DNA of 64,000 nucleotides from Octopus vulgaris. Lineage: Eukaryota. The notes below the pieces were generated by a model. That model ran no database searches and was not told the origin of the DNA. It worked only from the letters and a program-made list of their open reading frames with translations. Positions 1-13,249 of the stretch are shown here, piece by piece; positions within the stretch are counted from its first letter, which is position 1; each line of letters opens with the position of its first letter. The stretch spans positions 52,204,001 through 52,268,000 of the forward strand of contig OX597822.1 in assembly GCA_951406725.2 (NCBI GenBank). The letters are read 5' to 3'. A program made the translations under genes and the position numbers.

Positions 1-3000
1 TTACTCTACCGTTCGTTTCACACCTGCATGTATTACAGCCCTGTTTAAATGTTTCTCCTACTTTATAAATCTGGTTGTTGTACTTACATTCACAATCATT
101 GGTTGAACATCGGACATATCCAGTTGCTAAACATTCGCATTGATTGCAATCGTCCGAAAATCTATTACCAATTCCATAAGTTTGTCCATTATAAGTACAG
201 AGGCAGGGTCTGTTTGTACAATCAACTTGTCCGTTATTTTTACATTTGCAAGTATTGCAATCATCCTTGAACTCTGCTCCGAAATTATAAACATTATTTT
301 TATAAGTACAGGTACATGGGTTTGTTGTGCAGTCTGCTGTCCCATCGTCTTTGCATGTGCACGTATTACAGTCCTTTCTAAATGTATTACCTATGTTGTA
401 CTTGATTCCATTGGAAACACAGTAACACGGCTTATTTGTACAGCGTACTCTACCATTCGTTTCACACTTGCATGTATTACAGCCCTGTGTAAATGTTTGA
501 CCTACATTATATATCTGGTTGTTGTAATTACATCGACAAACGTTGGTTGAACATCGGACATATCCAGTTGCTAAACATTCGCATTCATTGCAATCGTCCG
601 AAAATTTATTGCCAATTCCATAAGTTTGTCCTTTATGAGTACAGCGGCAGGGTCTGTTTGTACAATCAACTTGTCCGTTATTTTTACATTTGCAAGTATT
701 GCAATCATCCTTGAACTCTGCTCCGAAATTATAAACATTATTTTTATAAGTACAGGTACATGGGTTTGTTGTGCAGTCTACTGTCCCATCGTCTTTGCAT
801 GTGCACGTATTACAGTCCTTTCTAAATGTATTACCTATGTTGTACTTGATTCCATTGTAAACACAGTAACACGGCTTATTTGTACAGCTTACTCTACCAT
901 TCGTTTCACACTTGCATGTATTACAGCCCTGTGTAAATGTTTGACCTACATTATATATCTGGTTGTTGTAATTACATCGACAAACGTTGGTTGAACATCG
1001 GACATATCCAGTTGCTAAACATTCGCATTCATTGCAATCGTCCGAAAATTTATTGCCAATTCCATAAGTTTGTCCTTTATGAGTACAGCGGCAGGGTCTG
1101 TTTGTACAATCAACTTGTCCGTTATTTTTACATTTGCAAGTATTACAATCATCCTTGAACTCTGCTCCGAAATCATAAACATTATATTTATAAGTACAGG
1201 TACATGGGTTTGTTGTGCAGTCTACTGACCCATCGGCTTTGCATGTGCACGTATTACAGTCCTTTCTAAATGTATTACCTATGTTGTACTTGATTCCATT
1301 GTAAACACAGTAACACGGCTTATTTGTACAGCTTACTCTACCGTTCGGTTCACACGTGCATGTATTACAGCCCTGTGGAAATGTTTGACCTACATTATAT
1401 ATCTGGTTGTTGTAATTACATCGACAAACCTTGGTTGAACATCGGACATATCCAGTTGCTAAACATTCGCATTCATTGCAATCGTCCGAAAATTTATTGC
1501 CAATTCCATAAGTTTGTCCTTTATGAGTACAGCGGCAGGGTCTGTTTGTACAATCAACTTGTCCGTTATTTTTACATTTGCAAGTATTACAATCATCCTT
1601 GAACTCTGCTCCGAAATCATAAACATTATATTTATAAGTACAGGTACACGGGTTTGTTGTGCAGTCTACTGACCCATCGGCTTTGCATGTGCACGTATTA
1701 CAGTCCTTTCTAAATGTTTTACCTATGTTGTACTTGATTCCATTGTAAACACAGTAACACGGCTTATTTGTACAGCTTACTCTACCGTTCGGTTCACACG
1801 TGCATGTATTACAGCCCTGTGGAAATGTTTGACCAACATTATATATCTGGTTGTTGTAATTACATCGACAAACCTTGGTTGAACATCGGACATATCCAGT
1901 TGCTAAACATTCGCATTCATTGCAATCGTCCGAAAATTTATTACCAATTCCATAAGTTTGTCCTTTATGAGTACAGCGGCAGGGGTTGTTTGTACAATCA
2001 ACTTGTCCGTTATTTTTACATTTGCAAGTATTACAATCATCCTTGAACTCTGCTCCGAAATTATAAACATTATTTTTATAAGTACAGGGACATGGGTTTG
2101 TTGTGCAGTCTACTGACCCATCGGCTTTGCATGTGCACGTATTACAGTCCTTTCTAAATGTATTACCTATGTTGTACTTGATTCCATTGTAAACACAGTA
2201 ACACGGCTTATTTGTACAGCTTACTCTACCGTTCGGTTCACACGTGCATGTATTACAGCCCTGTGGAAATGTTTGACCTACATTATATATCTGGTTGTTG
2301 TAATTACATCGACAAACCTTGGTTGAACATCGGACATATCCAGTTGCTAAACATTCGCATTGATTACAATCGTCCGAAAATTTATTACCAATTCCATAAG
2401 TTTGTCCTTTATGAGTACAGCGGCAGGGGTTGTTTGTACAATCAACTTGTCCGTTATTTTTACATTTGCAAGTATTGCAATCATCCTTGAACTCTGCTCC
2501 GAAATTATAAACATTATTTTTATAAGTACAGGTACATGGGTTTGTTGTGCAGTCTACTGTCCCATCGGCTTTGCATGTGCATGTATTACAGCCCTGTTTA
2601 AATGTGTCTCTTACTTTATATATCTGGTTGTTGTACTTACAGTCACAAAACTCGGTTGTGCAGTCTACTGACCCATCTGCTTTGCATGTGCACGTATTAC
2701 AGTCCTTTCTAAATGTAGTACCTATGTTGTACTTGATTCCATTGTAAACACAGTAACACGGCTTATTTGTACAGCTTACTCTACCGTTCGGTTCACACGT
2801 GCATGTATTACAGCCCTGTGGAAATGTTTGACCTACATTATATATCTGGTTGTTGTAATTACATCGACAAACCTTGGTTGAACATCGGACAAATCCAGTA
2901 GCTAAACATTCGCATTCATTGCAATCGTCCGAAAATTTGCTACCAATTCCATAAGTTTGTCCTTTATGAGTACAGCGGCAGGGGTTGTTTGTACAATCAA

Positions 3001-3996
3001 CTTGTCCGTTATTTTTACATTTGCAAGTATTACAATCATCCATGAACACTGCTCCGAAATTATAAACATTATTTTTATAAGTACAGGTACATGAGTTTGT
3101 TGTGCAGTCTACAGTCCCACCGGCTTTGCATGTGCACGTATTACAGTCCTTTTTAAATTGTGTCCCTATTTCGTAGGTGTTTCCATTGTATATACACTTA
3201 CATGGTTTGTTAGAGCACTGCACAATACCGCTTCTTAAACATTCACATTGGTTACAATCATTACTGAATGTTTGTCCAACTCGGTATGTCTGTCCTTGAT
3301 AAGTACATTGACAAATTTTCTTTGTACATTCTAACTGACCGTTGTCTCTACAATAGCAAATGTTACAATCCCCTTCAAATTTCTGGCCCACACTTAATAC
3401 TCTTCCTCTGAAGTAACACTTACAAATTTTGCTAGTACATTTAACCTGACCATTGTTCAAACATTCGCATGTATTGCAATCATCAGTGAAGGTTTGGCCG
3501 ATTTGATATTGTACATTTTTATAAGGACATCCACATCTATCACTGTTACACTGCACTATTCCTGTAGTTTGACAAGTGCAAGTCTTACAGCCATCGTTAA
3601 AACTCTCTCCAATATTGTAGTCTTTACCATTGTATTGGCACTGACACACATTATTGGTACACTGAACATATCCAGAAGAAAGACATTTACATTTATTACA
3701 GTTGTCATTGAATTCTTCACCTTCTTGGTACTGTTTTTCTTTATAAGTACATCGTTTAGGACAGTCTTTGTTGTCACATTTTATCTGGCCATCATAGTTG
3801 CATTTACATGTATTACAAGACTGCTGGAATGTCTGTCCTACTCTGTAACGTCTGCCTTGATATGTACATGAAGGCCCCTTCCCATAACCACAACGTAAAT
3901 TTGAACAAATTGCTTTGTTATTTGTGTCACATACACACGTGTTGCAGTCGATCTTAAATACTCCTGTATACTTCTTTCCATTATATGTACATTCGT
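1..3996 (-). CDS. Giant Cys-rich repeat exon (partial, runs off left edge) of secreted pacifastin/VWC-like tandem-module protein, copy 1 (~36 modules in window)
   Basis: Near-identical to the 24169-29102 exon. Acceptor ttctcttctttacag|AC GAA TGT at 3997/3996. Frame is consistent from 3994 to position 2 (...GGT AGA GTA). It is absent from the ORF track, as expected if no stop is reached in the window. Confidence 0.9.
92..2311 (-). repeat. Coding tandem array, 5 x 444 bp (4 x 111-bp modules each)
   Basis: Exact 444-bp periodicity: units start at 2311, 1867, 1423, 979 and 535. Confidence 0.95.
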
Positions 3997-4287
3997 CTGT
4001 AAAGAAGAGAAACAATAATTATTTCAATCAACAACTACACTGTTCCTGAAAGAAGAACATGTTATATATTCTAGCGTAAGTATGTGATTATGATATATCT
4101 ATAAATTCTCAAAGAATAATGTCGAGCGACATTATTCTTTAGAAATGGTTGGGATGTACAGCCCGAAATATACAGATACTTTGCAGTATGTATCCGAAAA
4201 CCAGTTTTCAGATATCGTGATGATGAGAACTTTATTATGTTGACGCACACACATACAGGCTAATAAAACACGCATAACTGTACATAC

Positions 4288-4340
<53 letters not shown>

Positions 4341-4475
4341 TAGTTATGGCTAAATTCTAGGAGATAAAGAACTCAGTACGCGCGTAGAGTATAAAGTTGC
4401 AATAACTCGTCTGCATCTCCATCTATCTTTCTGTTTATCACTATATATGTACGTGTATATATATATTTGTATATA

Positions 4476-4586
<111 letters not shown>

Positions 4587-4597
4587 TATATATACAC

Positions 4598-4653
<56 letters not shown>

Positions 4654-5239
4654 AAATGATAGAAAATGCAACACAAGGGAAACTTTGTTACTTACAACGA
4701 TCGGTTCGAAACATCCTGTATCAGTATGGGAGAGTAATCGAGGCAGATTTAACAAAAGGTGATATGTGGTCAGGAAGCGTCGAAGTATACGTGCTAGTCC
4801 GACTGACCTTACAAAGACCATAGAACCATACCGAGACACAAAGAAAACAGGTAAGAAGGATCAATTCCTTTTAACCAGCATTGAAATCTCCTCTCAGGAA
4901 AATAAACAGAAAACCAACTGACAAAATTACGCATCTATGGAGTACCGACCTCCTCAAAGAAATTAGAATCATACAAAAACAATAAGTTACATAAAGTAAT
5001 TAACATGTAAAATATTACTAGCAAAATTAACATTAAGACATTATATCCAACTTGAAAAGGAATATCCTCAAGACGTTGCTATTTTTGAACCTTAAATATC
5101 TCAAAAATGTTCACTGCTGTATTCGGTCGCTTGTAAAATAGTTTTAGCGAACGGGATCGGAATATCTTTCATATCCTACTTCTTTAAACGATATCATGTT
5201 TTAATTACTGCTTTATTATACTTTATTTATGTCTGTGAA

Positions 5240-5665
<426 letters not shown>

Positions 5666-5914
5666 GATGGCCGTACAAGCAAGATTAAATGACTTAAACA
5701 AAATTACAGAGGAAATAATTTTTACTAGTGTATGTGAGGCTGAAAGTAGTAGTGGAGGGTATGCTTCCTATATGCTATGTATTTGGGGAGAAAGACCACA
5801 TGAAGGCAAGGTGTCCCCAAAAAGAGGAGGAGCAACGGATGGAATAGCCTGAAGAATAAGAGAAGGAAGACGAAGTGGTGCTAGAGGGTGTGAAGGAGAC
5901 GGTAGTAACAGAAG

Positions 5915-6136
5915 AGGCGGCGAGCTGGCAGAAACGTTATCACCCCGGGCGAAATGTGAAACCTTATTTCGTCTGCCGTTACGTTATGAGTTCAAATTCC
6001 GCCGAGGTCGACTTTGCCTTTCATCCTGTCGGAGTACCAGTTATTCACTGGGGTCGGTAAAATCGACTTAATCCGTTGGTCTGTCCTTGTTTGTTCTCTC
6101 TGTGTTTAGCCCCTTGTGGGTAGTAAAGAAATAGGT
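5915..6136 (+). mobile_element. tRNA-derived SINE, family A (GGCGGCGAGCTGGCAGAAACG head)
   Basis: Matches other copies in the window. Flanking direct repeat taacagaagaggcg at 5906-5919 and 6141-6154. Confidence 0.85.
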
Positions 6137-7292
6137 AGTATAACAGAAGAGGCGTTCACAGTAGTAAATAAGTGAAAAAGAAAAGAACGAGAAGCAGAAA
6201 AAGAAAAAAGAGAATGAGAAGGAGCTTGAGGAGGAAGGTGATAAGGAGGTGACAGAAACGAGTTTACAAACTATATCAGAAGAAGAGGAGTTGGGTTGTG
6301 GAGAGAGACAATAGCATGAAAATGAAGCATCGACATTGACTAAAATGAAAGAGAATAAAGACAGAGTGGAGGCACCAAAGGTGGAGGAAGGAAAAAATGT
6401 GGAATTTTGGTGATATACGCCAAAAGCACGGCGGTAGATAAAAGATAACGTAATTTTTTGAATAATTTTTCCATCTAATTTCATTTTTCTACCTAAAATT
6501 GTTATTTATGCTTTTCGAAAGTGATAGATCACCGGTAGAAACAGTCGACCTCACGTTTTAAGTATGGAATAGGCTGTATCCCGTTCCAAAATTGTGTTTT
6601 ATTGCTGAGTTCGCCTCTCGTCGAAATCAACTTTGTTGTTCATCTCTCTGAGATCGATTATTACTGAATGACAGAGCTGTGCTTGCCATCAAAGTTAAAC
6701 TGGGGTAAAATATATGAAGCCCAGTATACCCGCCAGTCAAGTAATGGGATCTATGGTATCAACTAACTCCTGCTCTTCAAAATTGTTGCAGAGACGAGTG
6801 GGTCGATTGTGCCTGGGTGGTGGTAGTACGAGACAAACCAGTCCCCAGAAACAGAGGCCATTAGAATAGCGATTGAAAAGACAGAGAGGACACAGCGCAC
6901 CCGTGCGCCAGATATTGGAGTGTACTCATTAGTGACTGAATTCTAATCAATGGTCTTTGTCTCGATGCGTCCAATATGTCATCACGCAAAGTGGTGCCAC
7001 TGTTTTACTTGCGGCAGTAGTACTTATTGTGGGTTTCAAGTAAGCCTTGTAGAATGACAGCACCTGCTGGATACTAAAGTGTATTCTGGTTCCTAAACAG
7101 AAGGGCTAGACTTTGAAAAGCGATCCTATAGATGCTAAGGATGTACCTTTGTCAGAAACCAGGGGAGATCCTCGGTTGTAGTGAAGCCACGTATTTGGAG
7201 CGACGGTGTGGGCTCTAACCCATTGTGGTTATATAAATATAGAGAGTTAGGTATAGATGTATATGTATACATATACATACATACATGCATGC

Positions 7293-7337
<45 letters not shown>

Positions 7338-7513
7338 CTCTAGATTTTCTATAGAAATTAGAGCCAAAACTGAAAAATGTCTTAGGTAGCACCGATATTT
7401 TAAATAACATGCATGGATATGTTAGTTGTAATAACACTACTGTTGATAAATTGAACGAAATAACTTTAAAATAAGAAAGAAATGAATTATGAATAGCGGT
7501 GTAATTTACTTAC

Positions 7514-7571
7514 TGTTGTAGCTGTTCACATAAGAAATAGCTACTGTTACTAGTAGCAATAGTCGCAGCAT
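7514..7571 (-). CDS. Signal-peptide exon of copy 1 (MLRLLLLVTVAISYVNSYN + 1 nt)
   Basis: ATG at 7571, hydrophobic core, donor A|GTAAGT at 7513-7508 in phase 1, matching the phase-1 acceptor at 3996 (A+AC=Asn). Conserved in copy 2. Confidence 0.85.
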
Positions 7572-7670
7572 GTTGGCCAGTTGGTTTATCTTTTCTTTCT
7601 GCCTCTTGTAGACTGGTGACTGTTGTTTACCGAAACAAGGATGAGTTTGACAAACGTCTCAAACGTACGC

Positions 7671-7676
7671 TTTATA
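7671..7676 (-). promoter_or_regulatory. Putative TATA box of copy 1
   Basis: TATAAA on the minus strand 100 nt upstream of the ATG. Conserved at the same distance in copy 2. Confidence 0.6.
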
Positions 7677-7949
7677 TGGGCCGCAATAAACGTGATCAAC
7701 TGCATACATCGTGGGAAATAATCGGTTTCACAAATTCCGTATTTAGAAACAGCAAAAATAAACATCAATAAATAGGTAGTTTTAATTTCTCATTAATGGT
7801 TTCTTCCTAAAAATAAGCTATTCATAAATAGGTTGGGCCTTCTTACGATAATAAACAATAGTATCAGAGGTGTTTCACAAGGTGGTGGTTAAATAAGTTC
7901 TTCATTATCATCACGTTTTAATCAATGTGTTTATAGACAGCAATACTAT

Positions 7950-8185
7950 ATATATGTGTGTGTGTGTTTGTGTGTCTGTGTTTGTCCCCCTAGCATTGCT
8001 TGACAACCGATGCTGGTGTGTTTACGTCCCCGTCTCTTAGCGGTTCGGCAAAAGAGACCGATAGAATAAGTACTGGGCTTACAAAGAATATGTCCCGGGG
8101 TCGATTTGTTCGACTAAAGGCGGTGCTAGCATGGCCGCAGTCAAAATGACTGAAACAAGTAAAAGAGTAAAGAGTAAAAGAGTAT
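7950..8185 (+). mobile_element. SINE family B, 3' part
   Basis: cttgacaaccgatgctggtgtgtttacgtcccc...aatgactgaaacaagtaaaagag is shared with the full copies. Confidence 0.8.
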
Positions 8186-8345
8186 ATATATATATATACG
8201 TGTATATACATGGTAACAACAGGATTTTTTAGAAATTTCTATTAGCTTTCTTCGCAATACGTGCTTGTTAGTGATAAATTATATGGTTATCGACGTTGTC
8301 TATTTTCGGCATATTTTGGCATTAGAAATTTTTCTTTTGACCTTA

Positions 8346-8397
<52 letters not shown>

Positions 8398-8433
8398 AAT
8401 TAATCAAAATAAAAACATGATGCCAAGGATTCA

Positions 8434-8511
8434 GCGGTACATATGTTTCGGGCCTTTATTAGACGGATTTATAACAATACATAATGTATGTCTGTGGCCT
8501 TCTTCAGCCGC
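8434..8511 (-). ncRNA. Type I hammerhead ribozyme motif (inverted copy)
   Basis: Reverse complement of the 10556-10633 motif. Confidence 0.6.
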
Positions 8512-8579
8512 GCACAACAACTTCCACAAGGACATGTATTACATCAAAAATTCTTGGTTTAGGTTGCTCGACCTCCTAG

Positions 8580-8879
8580 AAATCTAGATACTACAACCAC
8601 CGGTCCTCGCTTAAGCATAGGCATAAAGCTAACAGCACCTCCCTTTCTAAAAAAATTTGGGAATTAAAAGACAATAGCATAGGTTTCAAACTCAGGTGGT
8701 CCATCACCGGATCAGCTGCACCTTATTTAAACAATAGAGCAGGATGCCAACTATGTTGTGTAGAACTCCTGAATATCTTGAAATTCAAGGAGAAACACAA
8801 TCTTATTAACAAAAGGTCAGAGTTCAAACCATCCTGTATACACAAACTTATTAATACTTTCAAATACTACAAAGCTTAG
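8580..8879 (+). pseudogene. C-terminal half of Penelope-type GIY-YIG endonuclease
   Basis: Manual translation KSRYYNHRSSLKHRHKANSTSLSKKIWELKD...LRWSI...APY...CQLCCVE...LINKRSEFKPSCIHK...*. In-frame stop just upstream at 8577-8579. Confidence 0.8.
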
Positions 8880-10555
8880 GCTATTATACCAGCTCCCCCA
8901 TGCAATTTCCCCCACCCGGTGCAACCTGTCGGCTCCAGTGCATCCCGTTTTCCTATATATATATTTTCCTATATATACACATTTTGTCTCCCATATATGT
9001 TTTTTCTTCTCCTACACCTACATTCTCCCTATCTAGATTTTTTGTTTCCCTATATCTATACCTTTTCCCATTTCTAACTCTGATGTTGAGCACGCACCAC
9101 CAAACCCCGCTTCCCACCCTTCCAATTTTCAGTTCCCCCCGCCCGCCCCTACGTGGTCACCTTTAGCACACACCTTTAACTTTACACTTTCAACCACCTT
9201 TTATTTTTACCTTCATCTCATGTTAAGCTTTACCCGATTATATTTTTATTTTATTTTATCCTATTTTATTTTGCTTTACCTTTATTCTTATTTTTATTTT
9301 CATTCTTTATTTTAATTTTTATAGTTTTTATAATTTTTATACTTCATTTCTAATTTTTATACATCTTTTAATATCTTATTTCTATACCTGTATGTGTGGG
9401 CATCTGTGTATGTGTATGTAAGGGTATGCGCACACGCGCGTATAGACACACAGATGTGTGTGTGTGTGCGTGTGGATACGTGCCTGTGGGTCCGTGTTAT
9501 GTATGTATGCGTGTATGTATGCACACGTGGGTGTGCATGTATGCACACATATATATGTGCGTGTGTAGGTATGGGTGTGAGTATATATATATACGTGTGT
9601 GTATGTATATGTGTATGTATGTATATGTATACATGTGCATATATATGTATGCATATGTGTATGTGTATATATATATATATGTATATACGTATGTGTGTGT
9701 GTGTGTATATGTATATGTACATGTATATTGTCCGTGTATATATATGCATATTCTGTTGTGTGTGTATATATATATGCGCATGTGTGTATGTGTATATGTG
9801 TATCTGTATATGTTTACACGTGAGTACGTATGTATGCTTATATGTTTGTGGCTGGGTATGCGTGCATATCTGTGCGCGTGTATATGGGTGTATGTATCCA
9901 TGCGGGTACGTATGTACAAGATGACCACTTAATACGTTACGAAGAACTAGAGGAACTAGATAAACTGCTCAACAACTCTGATTTACAATACACTAAGTCC
10001 CCAGACGCCCCTGTTGATTTATGACACCCAAGACTTCTACAACCAGAATTTGTCATTTCCCTGACCACCATGTTTGGTCCGTAACTACTATATATCCCTT
10101 ATCCTTATATTCTTTTACATTTTTTATTATTTTTATTTCTATTTTTATTTTTATAACTTTATTTTTATAACTTTATACCTTTATATTCATTTATATTTTT
10201 TTATATTTTTTATATCTCTTTATATCTTTATACTCTACATTTTTATATTTTTCTATACTTACACTTTTTATATATTTTTTATCCTTCGTCCTGAATTCTC
10301 GCCCCTCCATCTTTATCTCTATTTACTCTTATTACCAGGTTCCTTCACGTCTGTCTGCATTTATATATTTATATATGTATTAATTTATTTACATTACTTC
10401 AACATCCAAATTTCTTCATTCTACATTGAGAGAAGAACGAGATGGACGCTTCATTTTTATGCTGTTGCCGCATTATGTCGTACGCGAATGAGAGGATTTG
10501 CATCCCCAACCAAGAATTTTTGATGTAATACATGTCCTTGTGGAAGTTGTTGTGC

Positions 10556-10633
10556 GCGGCTGAAGAAGGCCACAGACATACATTATGCATTGTTATAAAT
10601 CCGTCTAATAAAGGCCCGAAACATATGTACCGC
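10556..10633 (+). ncRNA. Type I hammerhead ribozyme motif in PLE terminus
   Basis: GCGG-CTGAAGA-aGGCC..GGCCc-GAAA-CATATG-TA-CCGC: stem I GCGG/CCGC, palindromic stem III, GUA cleavage triplet. First stem II position is an A-C mismatch. Confidence 0.65.
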
Positions 10634-11257
10634 TGAATCCTTGGCATCATGTTTTTATTTTGATTAATTTACTCCACCACCTACACCACCAAACGGTATA
10701 TACAGGTGCTTACAATTATCAAGTACTCACCCCGAATTTATATATATATATAATGAATTATTCACTGCGGCCCTTCGCTTCAGGAGTCTCTCAGCGCGCC
10801 AGAGCCAAGACATTTGAAATTTTATTCCCGATGTAATCAGTAAGACTAAGCACGTGTCTGTCTTGACACAGAGAGCTGGGGTTAGTCTTGCGGTTTGCAT
10901 CTCGAGGACCAAATGTACTGATGAAGTCACGGACACTTGAATTATGCAAGTAATTCTTTTGTTAAGACCGAAACCGAGGTATGCATTTAAGTCTGTTATT
11001 TATTTAATTTTTCATATGTCCTGCCCGCCAAAGTTGGTTCTGGTGTTCGCTGAATTCTTCCTCTAGAGAATTTCCCTTGTAGTTTGATCGTTGATGGTCT
11101 TCTTCTAGCATTCTGGCAGGCCAGCCCTAGCAGGCCAGCCCTGCCAATATACACATATATTTGAATTTTCTCTGACTCCTCAGATTTTTTGAATGCTGGA
11201 CTACTGGTTTTAAATTGATATTAAAATTAATATTAATTTATCTCCCTCAATTTTTAA

Positions 11258-11353
<96 letters not shown>

Positions 11354-11369
11354 TTTTACTTATTTTACT

Positions 11370-11760
11370 TTTTACTTTTACTTGTTTCAGTGATTTGACT
11401 GCCGCTATGCTGGAGTACCGCCTTTAGTCGACCAAATTGACCCCAGGACTTATTCTTTGGAAGCCTAGTACTTATTCTAGTGGTCTCTTTTGCCGAACCG
11501 CTATGTTACGGGGACGTAAACACACCAACATCGGCTGTGAAGCGATGTTGGGAGGACAACCACAGACACAAACATATACACACACATACATATATATATA
11601 TACATATATACGACGGGCTTCTTTCAGTTTCCGTCTACCAAATCTACTCACAAGGCTTTGGTCGGCCCGAGGCTATAGCAGAAGACACGTGCCCAAGGTG
11701 CCACGAGTGGGACTGAACCCGGAACCATGTGGTTGGTAAGCAAGATACTTACCACACAGA
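11370..11760 (-). mobile_element. SINE family B
   Basis: Reverse complement of the 16795-17200 and 36177-36575 copies, with an internal microsatellite. Confidence 0.85.
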
Positions 11761-12390
11761 TTTATGAAAAAGAACTAAAATGCTACCTTCAAAAATTGGG
11801 CACATTTTAATTTTCCTTTATATAAATACATTAAAAGAAGAATGTTTTAGATTTGTTTTACATGTTTCGATTTTTGAAAACCTTTTCAAAAATATGTACT
11901 AAAATGGAATATGTAGAGAGGAAAGAGCTATTAATAAAATAAAGTTAAAATTGAAATTAACATTCATAGTTTACTTTCCTTTTTCTGCAAGAGCACGTGG
12001 TAGTTTCCGTCAATTTTCGTGGCATGACAATTGAACTATCTGTGACGGCAAATTGCTACTATCTCTTTTGGTAAATTAAAAAGTGTGGTCAAGACTTGTT
12101 TTCTATAAGAGTGGCTGTAGCCGTCGAGTAACCAGCAGCAGTGATAATAACAGTCGTCGTGGTGATGTTGTTCCCCCGGGGTTTTAATAGAATTCGGGTT
12201 CTTCGACACTTGTCTTTATTTTTTATGAACTACTTGCATATCCATATATCCATATGTATACACATACGTACATATATACACACACTCTCTCTATATATAT
12301 ATCTATATATATATATATATATATATATGCATGTGTGCGTACTTGTGTATATGAATACGTGTGTGTATATGCGTATACTGTTTGAATGCT

Positions 12391-12628
12391 TACCTATTTC
12401 TTTACTACCCACAAGAGGCTAAACACAGACAGGACAAACAAGGACAGACAAACAGATTAAGTCGATTACATCGAGTCCAGTGCGTAACTGGTACTTAATT
12501 TATCGACCTCGAAAGGATGAAAGGCAAAGTCGACCTCGGCGGAATTTGAACTCAGGACGTAACAGCAGACGAAATACGGCTACGCATTTCGCCGGCGTGC
12601 TAACGATTCTGCCAATTCGCCGCCTTCT
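12391..12628 (-). mobile_element. SINE family A
   Basis: Reverse complement of the family A sequence. Confidence 0.85.
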
Positions 12629-13249
12629 TACCATGTCATGTACGACAATCAAAGGAGAGAAGAAAAGACAGACATACATAAAAACCCATTTCATCAGCCG
12701 ACGTTTTTAATACAGAGTCCAGTGCTACTTCAAAGCATCGGCACAATACGCAGTTGTCTAGGGGCCTCATAGGTCTAAGGGTCCAATTCTAATCTTTGTA
12801 TGACGTGGCTTGCTGTCAATAAATAAATACTATAGAGCCCTGTGCAGTGATTTGCCCAAGGGTCTATAATGCTGCAAGAGTTACACGATTTCGGCGGTTA
12901 GGAACCGTTTCGATGATTAGTCTGGAAATTACCAGTTTGAACGAAATGAAATCAAGTTTTGCCACTGAAAACGCACAGAGGGGAAATATAAAACTTGTAG
13001 AAAACAAGTAGATACAGAGTATAAAGGATGGTGCCTTTCCTCTTGAAAGAGGAAGAGTTCTAGTGCACGGAGAGAATAATAAAATGACCTTCATCTAAAT
13101 ATAATCTAAATATAATTGGACGCAAAGGGCGATAGAAAAGAGTGGTGATCAGCAGAAGCAGGTGACAGGAAAAGCAGAGGAAATGTTGGATAGATAGAGA
13201 GTGAGAGAGAGAGAAAGGGAGAGAGGTAAAGTAAAATAGAGCAACGGTA

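Larger units (their letters stand above)
8397..10740 (+). mobile_element. 5'-truncated Penelope-like retroelement with 5' inverted terminal segment
   Basis: GIY-YIG C-terminal remnant at 8580-8879, hammerhead motif at 10556-10633, and 8397-8558 is the reverse complement of ~10509-10670. (TA)n on both flanks. Confidence 0.85.

Noticed and set aside
92-2311. Regular array resembling CRISPR or non-coding satellite
   Set aside because: No unique spacers. The unit is a multiple of 3 and codes for protein, in a eukaryotic context.
3150-3170. Apparent frameshift in copy 1 (aaattgtgtccc vs aaatgttgtccc)
   Set aside because: Same length in both copies. It only changes GTTF to GTQF and the frame is preserved.
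49-3871. Repeated plus-strand and alternate-frame ORFs over the Cys-rich exons (also 24238-28977)
   Set aside because: Antisense or off-frame shadows repeated by the 444-bp periodicity. The minus-strand frame has the motif and the splice signals.
9905-10075. Coding-like island (DDHLIRYEELEELDKLL..) and a following ATGA..hairpin as a possible SECIS in the PLE 3' region
   Set aside because: Its second occurrence at 18465-18630 is just a copy. No proper start, no convincing non-Watson-Crick quartet geometry, and no in-frame UGA seen in the visible PLE coding parts.
10750-11160. Possible RTE LINE 3' remnant (LWRAGH-like motif on the minus strand)
   Set aside because: Too degenerate to support without a search.
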